Positions 23,786 to 35,981 of a stretch of 64,000 nucleotides of DNA are shown one piece after another; positions within the stretch are counted from its first letter, which is position 1, and every line of letters begins with the position of its first letter. The DNA is from Paraphysomonas bandaiensis (taxonomy: Eukaryota > Protista > Chrysophyceae), in NCBI GenBank assembly GCA_965644295.1, contig CBFFRP010000440.1, positions 11,032-75,031 on the forward strand. Direction: 5' to 3'. A program made the translations under genes and the position numbers. The notes beneath the pieces are model-generated. The model saw nothing but the letters and a program-made list of their open reading frames with translations. It made no database searches and was not told the DNA's origin.

Positions 23786-25998
23786 TCAAGTTTTCTTGTT
23801 GCGTTTGGCCTTAGGAGGGGCTGCAGCAGACTTAATAACTTCCGGTTCACCGCTGGATTTCTTTACAGCGGGAGTAGGGTCCTCTTTTTTAGTCTGCAAC
23901 ACCTCATGGTACCTTTCTCTCTTCTTTCCCTTCGCTTTCTTTGGTTTGGACTCAGTTTCTAACTTCTGGTTCAACTGATCATTTAAGTCGCTAGCTTTCT
24001 GTTTCCAATACGCCAACTCATTATCAGGATCAGCAGAAACAGAAAAGTCGGCATCTCCATCGTCTCTCGACTCCCCAGTTACAGCCACCGACTTGTCCCA
24101 GTTGTCATAGAACTCATCACCGAATGTGTCTTGTCGTTTAATCATGGGCGGCCTCATGAAAGTGCCAGTCTCACTATCTGGTGGAGGTGCTTGGGGATAC
24201 GAGTCAATAGCACTTGGCAGTTTTATCACGTCATCATCTAGCGCGGATTTTCCTACCAACTGTGCACTGGCGAGCGGGGCAACTTCCATATAGCTCTCAT
24301 TGATCCGGTTGCTAGAGGAAAGATTCTCACTATCCTTCCCCAAAGCCACCCGAGATGAACCTATGATTCGACGACCAGGCAATAAACTAGAGGAGGGTTG
24401 CTGCTGCTTGCTACCACCGCCTAATTCCACAGCTTGATGATACTTCTTAAGGTGGCCAATTGGACACAGATGAGGTCTATGAGTGCCTGTACTCCCTGCC
24501 CCACTGTCGATAACATCTGGTTTAGGCAGCACCTGGTTAAGAAATATATTACAATGCACCATACCGCATCTGAAAAGCACGTACCATTATATTAGTCAGA
24601 GCAATCTTCGAAAATGGAGCCAGAATGCGCACACACTGCCTGGTAATCACATTCCAGACACGAACATCCCCATCCATGGAGGCACTTGCCAACGTAACAT
24701 TATCCTGGGAGTGCGCGATACTCGTAACAGCCTTGTCATGACCAACTAAAACGTCAATTTCAGGATCTGATATGGATCCGTCGTGCTGCGCTTTTGCATG
24801 AGCGGAGGCGAGTGATAGAGCCGCAAGAGACAAAGAAGATATATATATCTTTCCGCTGTTGGATCCACTGAACGCATAATCATACGTGGGATTGGAAACA
24901 CAGCACGTAAGGGGTTCTGGATGGCTTACGCGTAAAACCTCTCTCTGAGGAAAGAGGTCGTACACGACTAGTGAGCGATCTAACGATACGGTCATCACTC
25001 GGGTAGAGGCACAGGGTCCTCCAGAACTCTGCAGCTCAAGTCCCGTAATTGGAAGAGAGTGTGGGGACCATGAGCGGAAGTGGGGAGCATTCTTATTGGC
25101 CGATCGCTCTGCCATCAACTTCGCCCCGGTGCTGCCGCTAAGGATATTCACAATGTCCCAGCAACGAGCCATTCCATCCTCAGAAGTAGACACACAGAAA
25201 TTTCCACATGGAGTGAATCTAAGGCAAGACACAGCCTTAAAATGGGCTTGCCATGATAACACCATATTTCCCGTGGAGAGTTCCCAGCAGAATATGCGTC
25301 CCGCTTTCGTCCCACCAAGTAGATAGAAGCCATTCGAGTCAACAGCCACAGCCGTGGTTATTTCTTGTATGTGACATTGCATTAGCGCCTATGCGACCGT
25401 TAACACAAGTCACACAAATGCACACGTACGGTGCTATATCACCACACCCTCTCACCTGAGGCTTGCCCCACTGCCAAACATTTATCTGAGGCTTCTTCGA
25501 CTGTGCCGCGATAATATAGTCTCCACATTTGGCGCCCATACCACTGAAAGAAGACATCCCCCCCACTGTGGTAACACCTGTACATATATACGGTGAATAT
25601 CTCTAAGTATACTCATAGAAACATCACTAACACACCACTCCTACATAACAGACAGTAGCGCGATATACATATATATATATACTTATCAACCACCAAACAT
25701 AATACATGACTCACCCACACTATACTCATAATCTACTCACATACCACTGCATATAAGCAAAACCCCTACACTACTCACACACCAGCTATAGCTATCTATA
25801 GGAGACAATACCTTCCGGGGAGCACATACAATTCTTCAGCACATTCGAGAAGGGACTACCGGTCGATAGATCGAAAAACCCTATCCCTCCTATGAAACAG
25901 TCAAGATACACGTAACTTTATTAATGACAAGAAGCACACAGAGATAGTAACCCACCAGTGTCCTTATTCGATGTTATGAGAAGGATCTCGTCATCCAT
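23786..25998 (-). CDS. WDR18: WD40 protein WDR18/Ipi3 (Rix1 complex, pre-60S processing), multi-exon
   Basis: YIIAAQSKKPQINVWQWGK, YLLGGTKAGRIFCWELSTG, WQAHFKAVSCLRF, STSEDG, SWSPHSLPITGL, TVSLDRS, LASASMDGDVRVW. ATG at 25998 (MDDEILLIT). Confidence 0.88.
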
Positions 25999-27859
25999 TT
26001 GATTCACTATAAGATAAAAGAAAAGTCTGTCTGTTGATTCAGTGTGTTCTATTTAGTTACCAACAGATCTGTTCTCGTGTATTGTTGATAGGGTCATGCT
26101 GTTAATTCAAGGTGTCTCCTCACTGTTCCAGTCCTGTCGGAGCTGCTAATTCCCTGCCCAATCCGACATACTCCAAACAACAAGAACCACTCAACCAAAA
26201 TATGATACAGGAAACAGGAATCCGTGTTTTTGATAAAGAAATGCCGATATTTGTTAACAAAATAGCCGAAAAATCCACTATATGATCCCTCAGTACTGCA
26301 TCTTTACATGAGTTCAAGTATCAGCTTAGCTTAGCTGCACCACACTGCTGTGCTATCTGCCCTGATAAGAGCATGTTCCAAAAGAGGCGTGACGCTACTC
26401 TTTGCTCTAGTATGATTACGCTAGCTAGAAGCTGGAAGGTGACGACCACACTATACAATCACCACACACAGAGAGGCTGAAGGGAGGTGCACACATCAGT
26501 GATAAGGTGGCCATCTACCCACACAGACGTTCCCTTCTTGCACATATTAAGTCTCCTGTTAGTTTAGAAGCATGCGACACACGAACAGTAGAGTGCGATC
26601 AGTTTGTATGGATCTGGTAAGTTAAGAGCCGAATGACGAGAGTTGGGTAAACTACTTTGAAGTGAAACACTGAAGACGATAAATGAGTAACTTAGCCAGT
26701 GAGTAAGTTGATGATACCGTCAAAGGACATCAACGAGGACCGTATGAAAAGCATGGTGAGCAACACGAAAGAAGTGACAAGAGTTGAAGTCTTATGTTTG
26801 CCAGTAATCATGACTTTGACAGATAAAGCATTCATGTAAGCACTGTGAAACCAGTGGATATCTTAAGACATAACATGATTGAAAAAGTCATGGTATCAAG
26901 AGTCACCAAACCTTACAGATCTACAAAAAACTAATCGAATAGTCATCAGGTTCGTGAACAACCTCGTTCTGTTACTAAATCACATGGAATGGAATCAAAA
27001 AGGGTCCTTATGAATTGCAGGTCTCCATCTTTAAAACAAGCTGTGAAGGTTAAAGTAGATATAAATTCTCTAGACACAGCAACACTCTCCAGACAGCAAG
27101 GCACCCCACGCACTGCACACAATTCAAACATCCTACGTCTATTTTGAGTCACATCTATCGCAAGACGCCCCTCCATCGTCTGGACACAACAACGGCCAGA
27201 ATGTAGTACTGCTAAGTACCAGAAAGCCCCTAACTATATACCATGGCGGGAGCTGTACAAATAAGGCGCACACATACTGAAGTTAAAGTACATTAACTTA
27301 CCAAGATAAGATTGCACACGTACAACCATAATGGGCTAAGAAAACTCTTTGTTTCGTGCTTAGCTCGAACTACAGTAATCATAATCTACCCACTGCAATA
27401 CAATAAGAAATTGATTTTATATTGGTCATAATTGCATATTGCTATCGTGTAAGCATCTTCATGACCTGAATACTGAATATGGTCTTACATCATGCACATC
27501 CACCTGTCGGTGACTGGGTTTCTGGCAGTCAAGAACTTTGAGTGGTATATGCCTCTGAGTGATTCTTTTGTCTATAGCTGTGAATTGTGAATACCCTGTG
27601 GATTGAATATTCAGCAAGCGGTTCTAAGCTGCTAATATGCTGACACAAAGCACTACATACTACATTCATAATGGTGTATCCATCTAAAATAATATTGAAA
27701 AGAGTTTGACAGTCGTTAACACATGCTTTTCATAATTTGTTAGATCATCTATTATTTACACCAAGAGAGTTACCGCAAATGCTTATAATATAGTAGCTAT
27801 ATCGGTTTTCAATCATTGACTTTTTTCATGAGCATAGATAGCACTTTAGGAATTTAAAG

Positions 27860-27980
27860 CAGAAATTTATCAGCTGACTATACATTATGCGGCTCACGTT
27901 AGTTTCCCAGAGAAATAACTCCGGTACTTATCCTCAGAACACACCACGAAAAGGTGCAAGTCCGACTTTGTTGAGGGATT
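27860..27980 (-). mobile_element. 5' fragment of the short retroposon family
   Basis: Minus strand atccctcaacaaagtcggacttgcaccttttcgtggtgtgttctgaggataagtaccggagttatttctctgggaaactaacgtgagccgc. Confidence 0.85.
27890..27979 (-). ncRNA. Candidate HDV-like self-cleaving ribozyme (non-canonical)
   Basis: Hand fold gives the P1-P2-P3-L3-P3'-P1'-P4-J4/2-P2' order, with L3 UUUUCGU and J4/2 CUAA. Same region at 18117-18204 (-) and 34287-34371 (+). Confidence 0.45.
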
Positions 27981-28771
27981 CTTTTTACGTTTTTATAAAC
28001 TATCCACTGACTGCTATCATGATCATCAACGTTTCTCATTCAGAAGTATATAATTTTACTTAATACGTCCAGCATTATTCGCTGCTTGTATAGCAGTATT
28101 TTAAATCTCTACAACATTAGTATGTTAAGAAAATGAACTTGGATTTTGGATAGATGTTAGAATGTTTGTGCTGCAGAGCCAAATTTGGTTTGTTTTCATC
28201 AATGTAACACATGTTAAACTTCACATCACGAGACATCAATACAGCTAAGATCAAACTCGAGAAGTCAATGGTGATTATATTCGAAGTCAAGTGGACGGTA
28301 GAATATTGATGATATAGGATAAACGATAAACAACGATATATATGAGAAACTGATATGTCTTATGTCTGATATGTTATATTTCACGTGTGATATATCATGC
28401 TATGCAGAAGCAAAGATATATAACTAGATCTAACAAAATCAATAACAATGTGAAAACATAATAAATTCTACGAAGGTAACAATATAAGGACGCAGTAAAT
28501 AATTTATAAGGTATATGCTATCTACAGAGGATTCGAACATACATGTAACATGAATTGCTATTCCAACACAGTTTAACGAAAGTCGAAATTCAACAATACT
28601 ACTAAATCAATATTTAACAATAGCCTTACAAATAATGGAAATGATTATGGAAACCCCTGAACAGTCTACTTATATATATAACAGGTCATATCCATAATTA
28701 CGGCTCTATTTCCATTTTTACAAAACACCGGTGCTGGTTTCTACGGAATATATCACCTTACTATGTTGTCA

Positions 28772-31226
28772 TTAAGACTCGTGTGAATCCTTTCCACCAC
28801 TACAAATATCCTCACTATCAGCAATAGGTCTCACTAAGTGTATTTGTGACACATTAGATAGCTGCTTGTTTCCAGATAAAAGTTTCCCATCATTTTGTGA
28901 GTTCGAAGTATTTGTATAGCGCGATATCCCTGCAACATTAGGGTCAGAGCAAACCATAGACAATAAGTAAATGTAATACCAGGAATCATTTGCTCAGCGA
29001 GTTCAGAAGGTCGACAATCTACTAGAATGTATCAAATAACACTGAATATATTTTTAACAGGAATTATACCTGGTGCGGATAGATGATGCTGGGGTATTGA
29101 ATTGTTGCTACCTTCCCCTGTCGGTTTCAAATCTGAATATGAAATCTGCCCACGCAAAAATGCAGTAACAATTGCAAGTGCTGCATCTTCAGCTTGGGCT
29201 TTGTTGTATATAGGCCTACAATAACATCAGCGGTGCAACAAACACACCCAGAAGTGTTTTACCTATCATCGGCATCGTCTGATTGCGAGGGCAACGGAAA
29301 ATTGGAAGACAGCACAGATGTCGACGCACCAGAACTTTTATTCATACTTCCTGATGTGCTCGTTCTGGTTTCCGCAGTCACAGGCCACTGCCCACTTGAG
29401 AAGAGTGCCGAATTCGTCCTTCCGCCTGCACTCTCATTGGCCTTTGTTTGGTTCTGAAAAATCGCATTATCCGGTGTATTTTTGCAGTCTACGCATCGGC
29501 AGCGATCAAAACATGGAACCCCAGCCTGTAAAGTTGTTCACAAAACTACGCTCCAGAAAAATACTACATACCTGGAAACACTCGCAGTATTTTTTCAGGC
29601 ATGCCGACTTTTTGCAATGACAACCTGACTGATGTTGTCCCAACACACGAGTACCACTAACAGCAGCAGGGCCATCTTTTTTCAAATTTTCATTATAGCG
29701 AGATATCCGCGGCCTGTGGCAATGTTATACATACATCACAAAGTGTAGAGTGGGGCCTACTTGAAGGCTTCAGGGTTTCTATCAATGATCGCATTTTTCG
29801 CTGCTATTCTCTCTGCCTCACACGACTCCTACGGTCATAGATAAGGTGGTAGTATTAGCACAATGTATCACGTACTCGATTAGCACAGTCTTTACAATGG
29901 CATCCCTGACAATATTGCTGTGCCCTGAAACAGTCACAATACCTACACACGAGGAAGTGGTACAGGCGTTAGCACAGAGCCAGTACAGTATGGCATGACG
30001 TACAGCTTCAGGCAGCGACTCTTCTTGCAATTACATGTGACACTTTTTACATCAGGAGATATAGATGGCTGACTCACACCAGTTTGCACAGCCTACGAGC
30101 GACTGTCAGAGACACGGGAATGGTACTGAGATGACAATCACACCTGCGGGCTGCTCATCACTTGATCGCCAACGCTAAGTGACTTGGCCTGTGTGGAAGC
30201 AGTCACGCGAGAGATAGGAAGAGAGACTGAAGGGCTGTCGTTTTTTTGACTCTTTCGTCCAGCTACCAATGACATTGTGCCACTCTCATCATTTACTGCT
30301 GCCTTTGATATTTCTTGGTGCTCCTGCTGCGCAGGAGCGACGGGGTCCACACGTGGCGACAAAATACTGTTTTCAGTTTTCTTTTTTCCTTCGATTCGTC
30401 CACCTGTCCTGGCACATTTAGAGGCTTTCTTCCGTCGGTCGCAATTGCGTAAAGCTGCAGCTAAAACTTCTACATCTGTCTCGCAAAAGAATCGTGTATA
30501 AGCAACATTGATGAAAAAAAACTTCCTATACCTGGAGAAGGTGGTACATTTCTCCCACTTTCACCCAAAGAACCATCTTCCTCCCCTTCAGATGACACCC
30601 TACTATTGCTTTCCCGCACACGGCGACGTTTCTTTGTGGTTTTTTCATCAGACTCGCTTCCTGCTGGTGAGGTGTTAAACAAGTTCATGCTCTTCGAAGC
30701 GGAGCTCATTCCAGTTGCTCTCTTCTGCTGGCTATCTACTCGATTCATGCCAATCATGCGCTCTAAAAAGTGCCTGTCGCCGGGAGAGTGTATAGAAGAG
30801 CTTTCATATATACCTGTATGTGCTGAATCGAACATAACCTCATCCATACTGTTGATCTTCTTCGATTTGCCTGATGGAGAAGGCCTCGGTGTGCCATCTG
30901 CACAACCAAACAAATCACACCCTGAACTAGTTGGTTGTTGATAAGTGGACCACTCCCTGTACATATAATTACAAACTAATCAGTTGAGTGTGCAGTGAGT
31001 ACCGTGAATACGGTGTCTGAGGAGTCTGCAGGTGGGAGAATGGGGTGAATATGCCATCAAAGTTATACATATCCGAATTAGGAGTGTTAAGAGAAGGCAT
31101 GGAAACATGCTCTGGAGTACGCTGTGCTTCATCTATTCGTGATGATTTACTATCACGGAGTGGGGTTCGAACAGCCACTGAGTCATCTGAATCTCGAGAA
31201 AACTCCTTTGAGTCACTCGATGACAT
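28772..31226 (-). CDS. LIN54: Tesmin/TSO1/LIN54-like protein with two CRC (CXC) domains, multi-exon
   Basis: [32 protein letters not shown], hinge IIDRNPEAFKPRI, and [34 protein letters not shown], read across introns at ~29460-30040. Confidence 0.88.
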
Positions 31227-31949
31227 AGATGTCTATTCAAATATATCGTAAGCTTATGGTGATTGAGTGTATGGCGATAAGCAGGTTAGTTATGTGAATT
31301 TCTTATACGTGAATTTGCTTATAGTGAAATCTTCAGAAGAAACCAGCGTGTCTGCTGCTTTTATAGTAAACTAAACTGGCGAGGGAGAGCGTTGGTGTGT
31401 GTGTAGTGTGTGCTGGTGTTGTATAGTATACCTACAGTAGTACTGTATACCATAACTGTATATGAGTACTATCGTACATATCGCTAAATTAAAATACTGT
31501 ACAGAATACCGGAATACATAGCAGTACCACGAAGGAGCTGAGCGAGGCAGGATGTTGCTTGCTTGCATATCTAGCTGGACTCCGAGTAGCTATCACACCA
31601 TTAACAGACCATCACAGCTGTGATATATGAGTCAATGGTAAAGCAGTATCACCAGTGTATTGTTCTGTGTAGTGTCATGGCACCAGAACGAAAAAAAGGA
31701 AGAGAGAGAGCCCTGGAGAGCCAGAGAAGCAGCAACTCACTCATATCTACATGTTTATGACCAATATATACATAAGAGACAGTTAGAACCACTAAACAAA
31801 AGAATAATGATGAAGTGACAACATAATTCATTGCCAGTTGTTCAGTTATGGATGCATCGCTGCCTTGATTTGGGAAGCACGCCTGTGTTCGCTCAAGAGA
31901 ATCTCACTGTAGATGGTGGCATCACCCTCAAACATGTTAAGAAGTTGTG

Positions 31950-32800
31950 GACAGAATTAAAAGTATGAGTGATGAAGAGAGAATGCATCGTAGTACGCAT
32001 CACCCAAGAATACACCCCAGACACACTTTTGAACAAAATGAAGACAATAAAGATTACGTTGATAAAATGTTGGTGATGAATCATAGCGTCAACTTGTGAC
32101 TGTCTCTTCGATACGAAGAGGAGTTCATTTGGGCAGCATTGTCCAGATTCTACTTCATTAGCAACAGTGTACAAGACCATGAGATTGAATAATACTCGAA
32201 AGACGTGGCATGGAAACATATCAAGAATCCATAGAAGCAGTTGTGCTCTCACCTATCTGCTGGACGCGTTGTGAAATTGATGGAAGATGATTTTTTAGCA
32301 AGATATGGTTAGGCACCAAGGGGTAAAGATTGTGAACGCGCATAGATAGGTGGCGGTCGTTCTTTTGCTGTTGACACTGCATGCACTGAATTGGGATTAC
32401 TTGCATGGCATGTTTTTGAAGGTACTGTTTCCGAAAACGAAGTCGTTTTTTTCTTGAAGTCGATCGCACCGTTCCTTAACGATGATTTTTTTTATAATTC
32501 TGCTAATCAACGAATAGCAGCTGTACGGATTATAATCGGGATGAGAGACATTGAACTACGTTTGGGGGATGACCCAGTAGGACATTAATTTTGCATTTAG
32601 ACACTACAACATTGAGCAGCTGGTGGTTTACATTTTTATGCACAGAGACAATTTCGACGTTGCTGCCTGCCTGCAGCATTAGTTGATCGTAAGGAAATGG
32701 TTTCCATTATATAGTATACATTAACATTAATTACGTGCAGTGATTTCAAGTAGGAAATTAATGACATCAATTTGGTGGGCGTTTATGTAGAATCTGAATT
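31950..32800 (+). pseudogene. Decayed Tc1/IS630-type transposase
   Basis: RYG*APRG (32301 onward) followed by GLLAWHVFEGTVSENEVVFFL, typical of DDE_3 transposases. Multiple stops; boundaries approximate. Confidence 0.55.
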
Positions 32801-33793
32801 AACAAATTCAGTTTTATCGTCAATCACGTGTAGGCTGTTAATGTCAATCGTGAGATTGTTCGTAAATCGTTATTGTGTCGTAATCCGTAATGTTTATAAT
32901 AAAATGTATCTGTTTTTATGATGATGTTGTGTATGAATGGTGAATGGTTTTGACCTGTACGTAACCAATTAAATCACTACAGTAGTTTGTAGTTATTATT
33001 ATCTTTTCTGAGGTGTTCGCTATCCTTAAAGCTATATAGGAGGTGGACGGAACAATGACAACATTGTTGACATTCATTGAAAAGTAAATCTGACCTCGAC
33101 AAAAAGAGAAGTATGAAATTAGTTTGGGGGAGGCATGAGGGAGTATAATGGTCCTTTACCCAGGTTCATGTGATAGGACAGATATATCACTGTTTAAAGA
33201 TAGAAGATCGGCATCCAAAGTAATGAAACTCTTCCACCGTATTCGAACTGCAAGAGCCACAACGAAAGTGGGGCTATTATTTTGTTTCGTTGTTCTAACA
33301 ATCGCTTTATGTATATTGGTCATGAATATGTAAAGATATAATAGTTATTTCGTACCTGGACAAATTGCTGCTTCTCTGGTTCTCCGGAGTTCTTTCTTTT
33401 CCTTTTTTCCGTTCTGGTGCCATTACACTGCACAGGACAACACATTGGTGACACTACTATACCATTGACTCATATATTACAGCTGTAATAGCTTTTCAAT
33501 GTTGAGTGATGTGAAGGGGTTTCCAAATCACTTCTTTCGAAACTAAAAAGGAGGTCAAATACAAACATACAAAAACCATCAGCGCTACTTCAGCGGACTT
33601 GTTCACAACAGACTGTCGAATTGTCATTTCATTTAAATAACATTCAAAATCAAAATTAATGAAAGCTCTTATTCTTTCGAACAGAACATCATCAAGTTGA
33701 ATATATAATTTACTACTGTTAATATATCAGTGTTCAAGTCAACTTTTTAATAAACAAAATGGGGATAGGTACTTAGTTGTACTTTTTGTTAAC

Positions 33794-33910
33794 CAGGGCT
33801 GTGTAACAATTAATTGCAATTAAATTTCAACATTCCAGTGAGCAAGTAAATTGAAATTATTACGTATATTTCATGCAATTTAATTGGAATTACAATTAAT
33901 CGCAATACTC
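33794..33910. mobile_element. hAT-like MITE end
   Basis: Begins cagggctgtgtaacaattaattg. Related AT-rich fragment at ~43285-43400. Confidence 0.55.
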
Positions 33911-34286
33911 AACTCTTACATACTTGTAGATTATTGGAATTTAACTCTAGCATCTAGGTATCTAGTCTATATTCTGTTGCGATGAAGCACATAAATATGT
34001 ACAACTAGAAACACACCTTCTATGTTATTTTCTATCTAACGTATAAGCACTTAAATATTTCAAGTTCCCAAAATAATTGCAAACACAGGAAAAGGAAATA
34101 GCCAATATACACAAGGCCATTACTAACAGCGTATACGAAAGAAGTGTCACTTGATGAAAAGACTAAAGATACAACTATAGCCACAGTTTCATCATAGTAC
34201 GTTGTTAGCATTATCAAGTCCAACAAAGGTTCAAAAGAGTAGCAGTTGAAGCTATATACTGTCACAGGCACAACTAGTTAATCATA

Positions 34287-34730
34287 ATCCTCAACAAAGT
34301 CGGACTCGCACCTTTTCGTGATGTTCTGGGGATAAGTAGGAGATGTTTCTCCGGGAAACTAACGTGAGCCGCAAACATATAGTCAGCAGATAATTTTCTA
34401 CCAAATGCTTGTGTGGTACAAGGGACACCAATAAGTGTCACTTGTGTAGGCGTCTTTGCGTCTTTGGGCCTTGACGAAAAAACAGGCATCCAGGAATGGG
34501 CCCACCTTAAGGGTAATTGGGGTATTGGGCTGCCTGCTGAAGTCAAGCATCCGGGATATTAAGCTTGAGGACTCAACAAACCCGAAGTCAGCAGATGTCA
34601 GGTATATCAACATTCTGCTTGCTCACTGTGTTTGCTTTTAGTGAGAGAAAGTGGCTGCACATTGGTGCTTGCGGTGACGCAGAAACAGTTTCTTAGCGTT
34701 AAATAGTAGGATATCAGAGTTAAACGCTGA
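34287..34730 (+). mobile_element. Near full-length copy of the short retroposon family
   Basis: Collinear with the reverse complement of ~17725-18204. Confidence 0.88.
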
Positions 34731-34769
34731 CTCTGAAACGCCTATTATATAATAATACGACATTCACTT

Positions 34770-35430
34770 CGCTCTCTCTCTCTGTCCAACACACTCATAA
34801 CACCGCTGCACTGTCATACACACGCATCTTACACTCTACCTCCTCCTCGAGAACCTCCAGACAAACCATCTCCCCTCCCTTCGTCTCTGATACGTTGCCG
34901 TCATCTTCCTTCCACACACACTCTATGCCTCAGCCTGTACCCCCCTGCACCAACACAGACACTAACAAGGGCAGCTGAGGACGTCCGAGTCTCTCCTCCA
35001 GACCATCATCATCATCATCATCATCTCGTGCATAGGTCTATCAGAGTACCCGACCTTAACAGACCTACTAGTTCTGTTGCGCAGTCCCACTCTCCTCTAT
35101 CAGATGTTGCCTCTTTTGCACCATCACACTCCCTCTCGACTCCCTGTTGCTGGACACACCGGGTAACCCTCATATCTCACCCCTATCCAGCTATACACTC
35201 TCTTGCATGTGCTCTCTACCACTGGCTATAAGACAGCAAAAGAGTCGATTTCGACGCTTCTTCACAGTAGGCCATAACCTTTTGCAAGACTATCATCCAC
35301 ATACCTCCGAGCCACTTGGCACAATGCCTAAAGGCAGGCCACCAGATCGCCAATCTCAGCAGGGTATAGTGCTGTGTTCCCCTGGTTGCCATGAGGTACA
35401 TAAGGCAGTCCCCGATGCAAATTGCAAATA
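34770..35430 (+). mobile_element. Internally deleted derivative of the non-LTR element family
   Basis: Start matches the reverse complement of ~1395-1500 (ctgtccaacacactcataacacc...cactctacctcctcct). End encodes MPKGRPPD, like LPKGRPPD* at ~11285-11310. Confidence 0.65.
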
Positions 35431-35609
35431 ATACACAATGTATGTGTAGTCTTAAGCGTTCCAGTGTTGTAGTAGTAGACGTAGATCACTGCTTTCACTT
35501 GTCATGCTGTACGTTGCACAACGTGCCTCCTACATACACACCTATCATATAGCGCCGGTGAGTCCTATGACACACGACAATGGCAAAACTCGCAATCAAC
35601 ATCAAGAAC

Positions 35610-35715
35610 GGAAGTGGTCGCACCTTGGTGCTTGCGACGACGCACAAGCAGCTTCTGTAGCGTTAAATAGTAGGATAACGGAATTTGTGCTGAGGTCTAA
35701 CTAGTATGTCTAGCA
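35610..35715 (+). mobile_element. 3' tail fragment of the short retroposon family
   Basis: aagtggtcgcaccttggtgcttgcgacgacgcacaagcagcttctgtagcgttaaatagtaggat. Confidence 0.8.
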
Positions 35716-35981
35716 TTCAACTAGCCAATATATTGGCACAGGTTTTTAACGCCTATTGCTAAATAAAAAGACTTTCAATATAGACATTCACTTGTTAATG
35801 ATAATATTCAGGCACTCGTTTTGGAGGATGCTTGCGTCATTCATCGAAAAATTCAATCGAAAATTATACTTTATTGATTGTAATATGATAATCCATATTG
35901 AAGCACATACTGTAGGTATTCAATGACCAAGCTACATAAAAATAAACCAATACCTCACTCAATTTTATTATTGGGTCATGC

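Noticed and set aside
26100-27300. Short ORFs that might be a pseudogene
   Set aside because: No convincing motif or splice pattern.
34690-34712. GCGTTAAATAG resembles the pistol ribozyme linker
   Set aside because: The flanking P1/pseudoknot pairing of pistol is absent.
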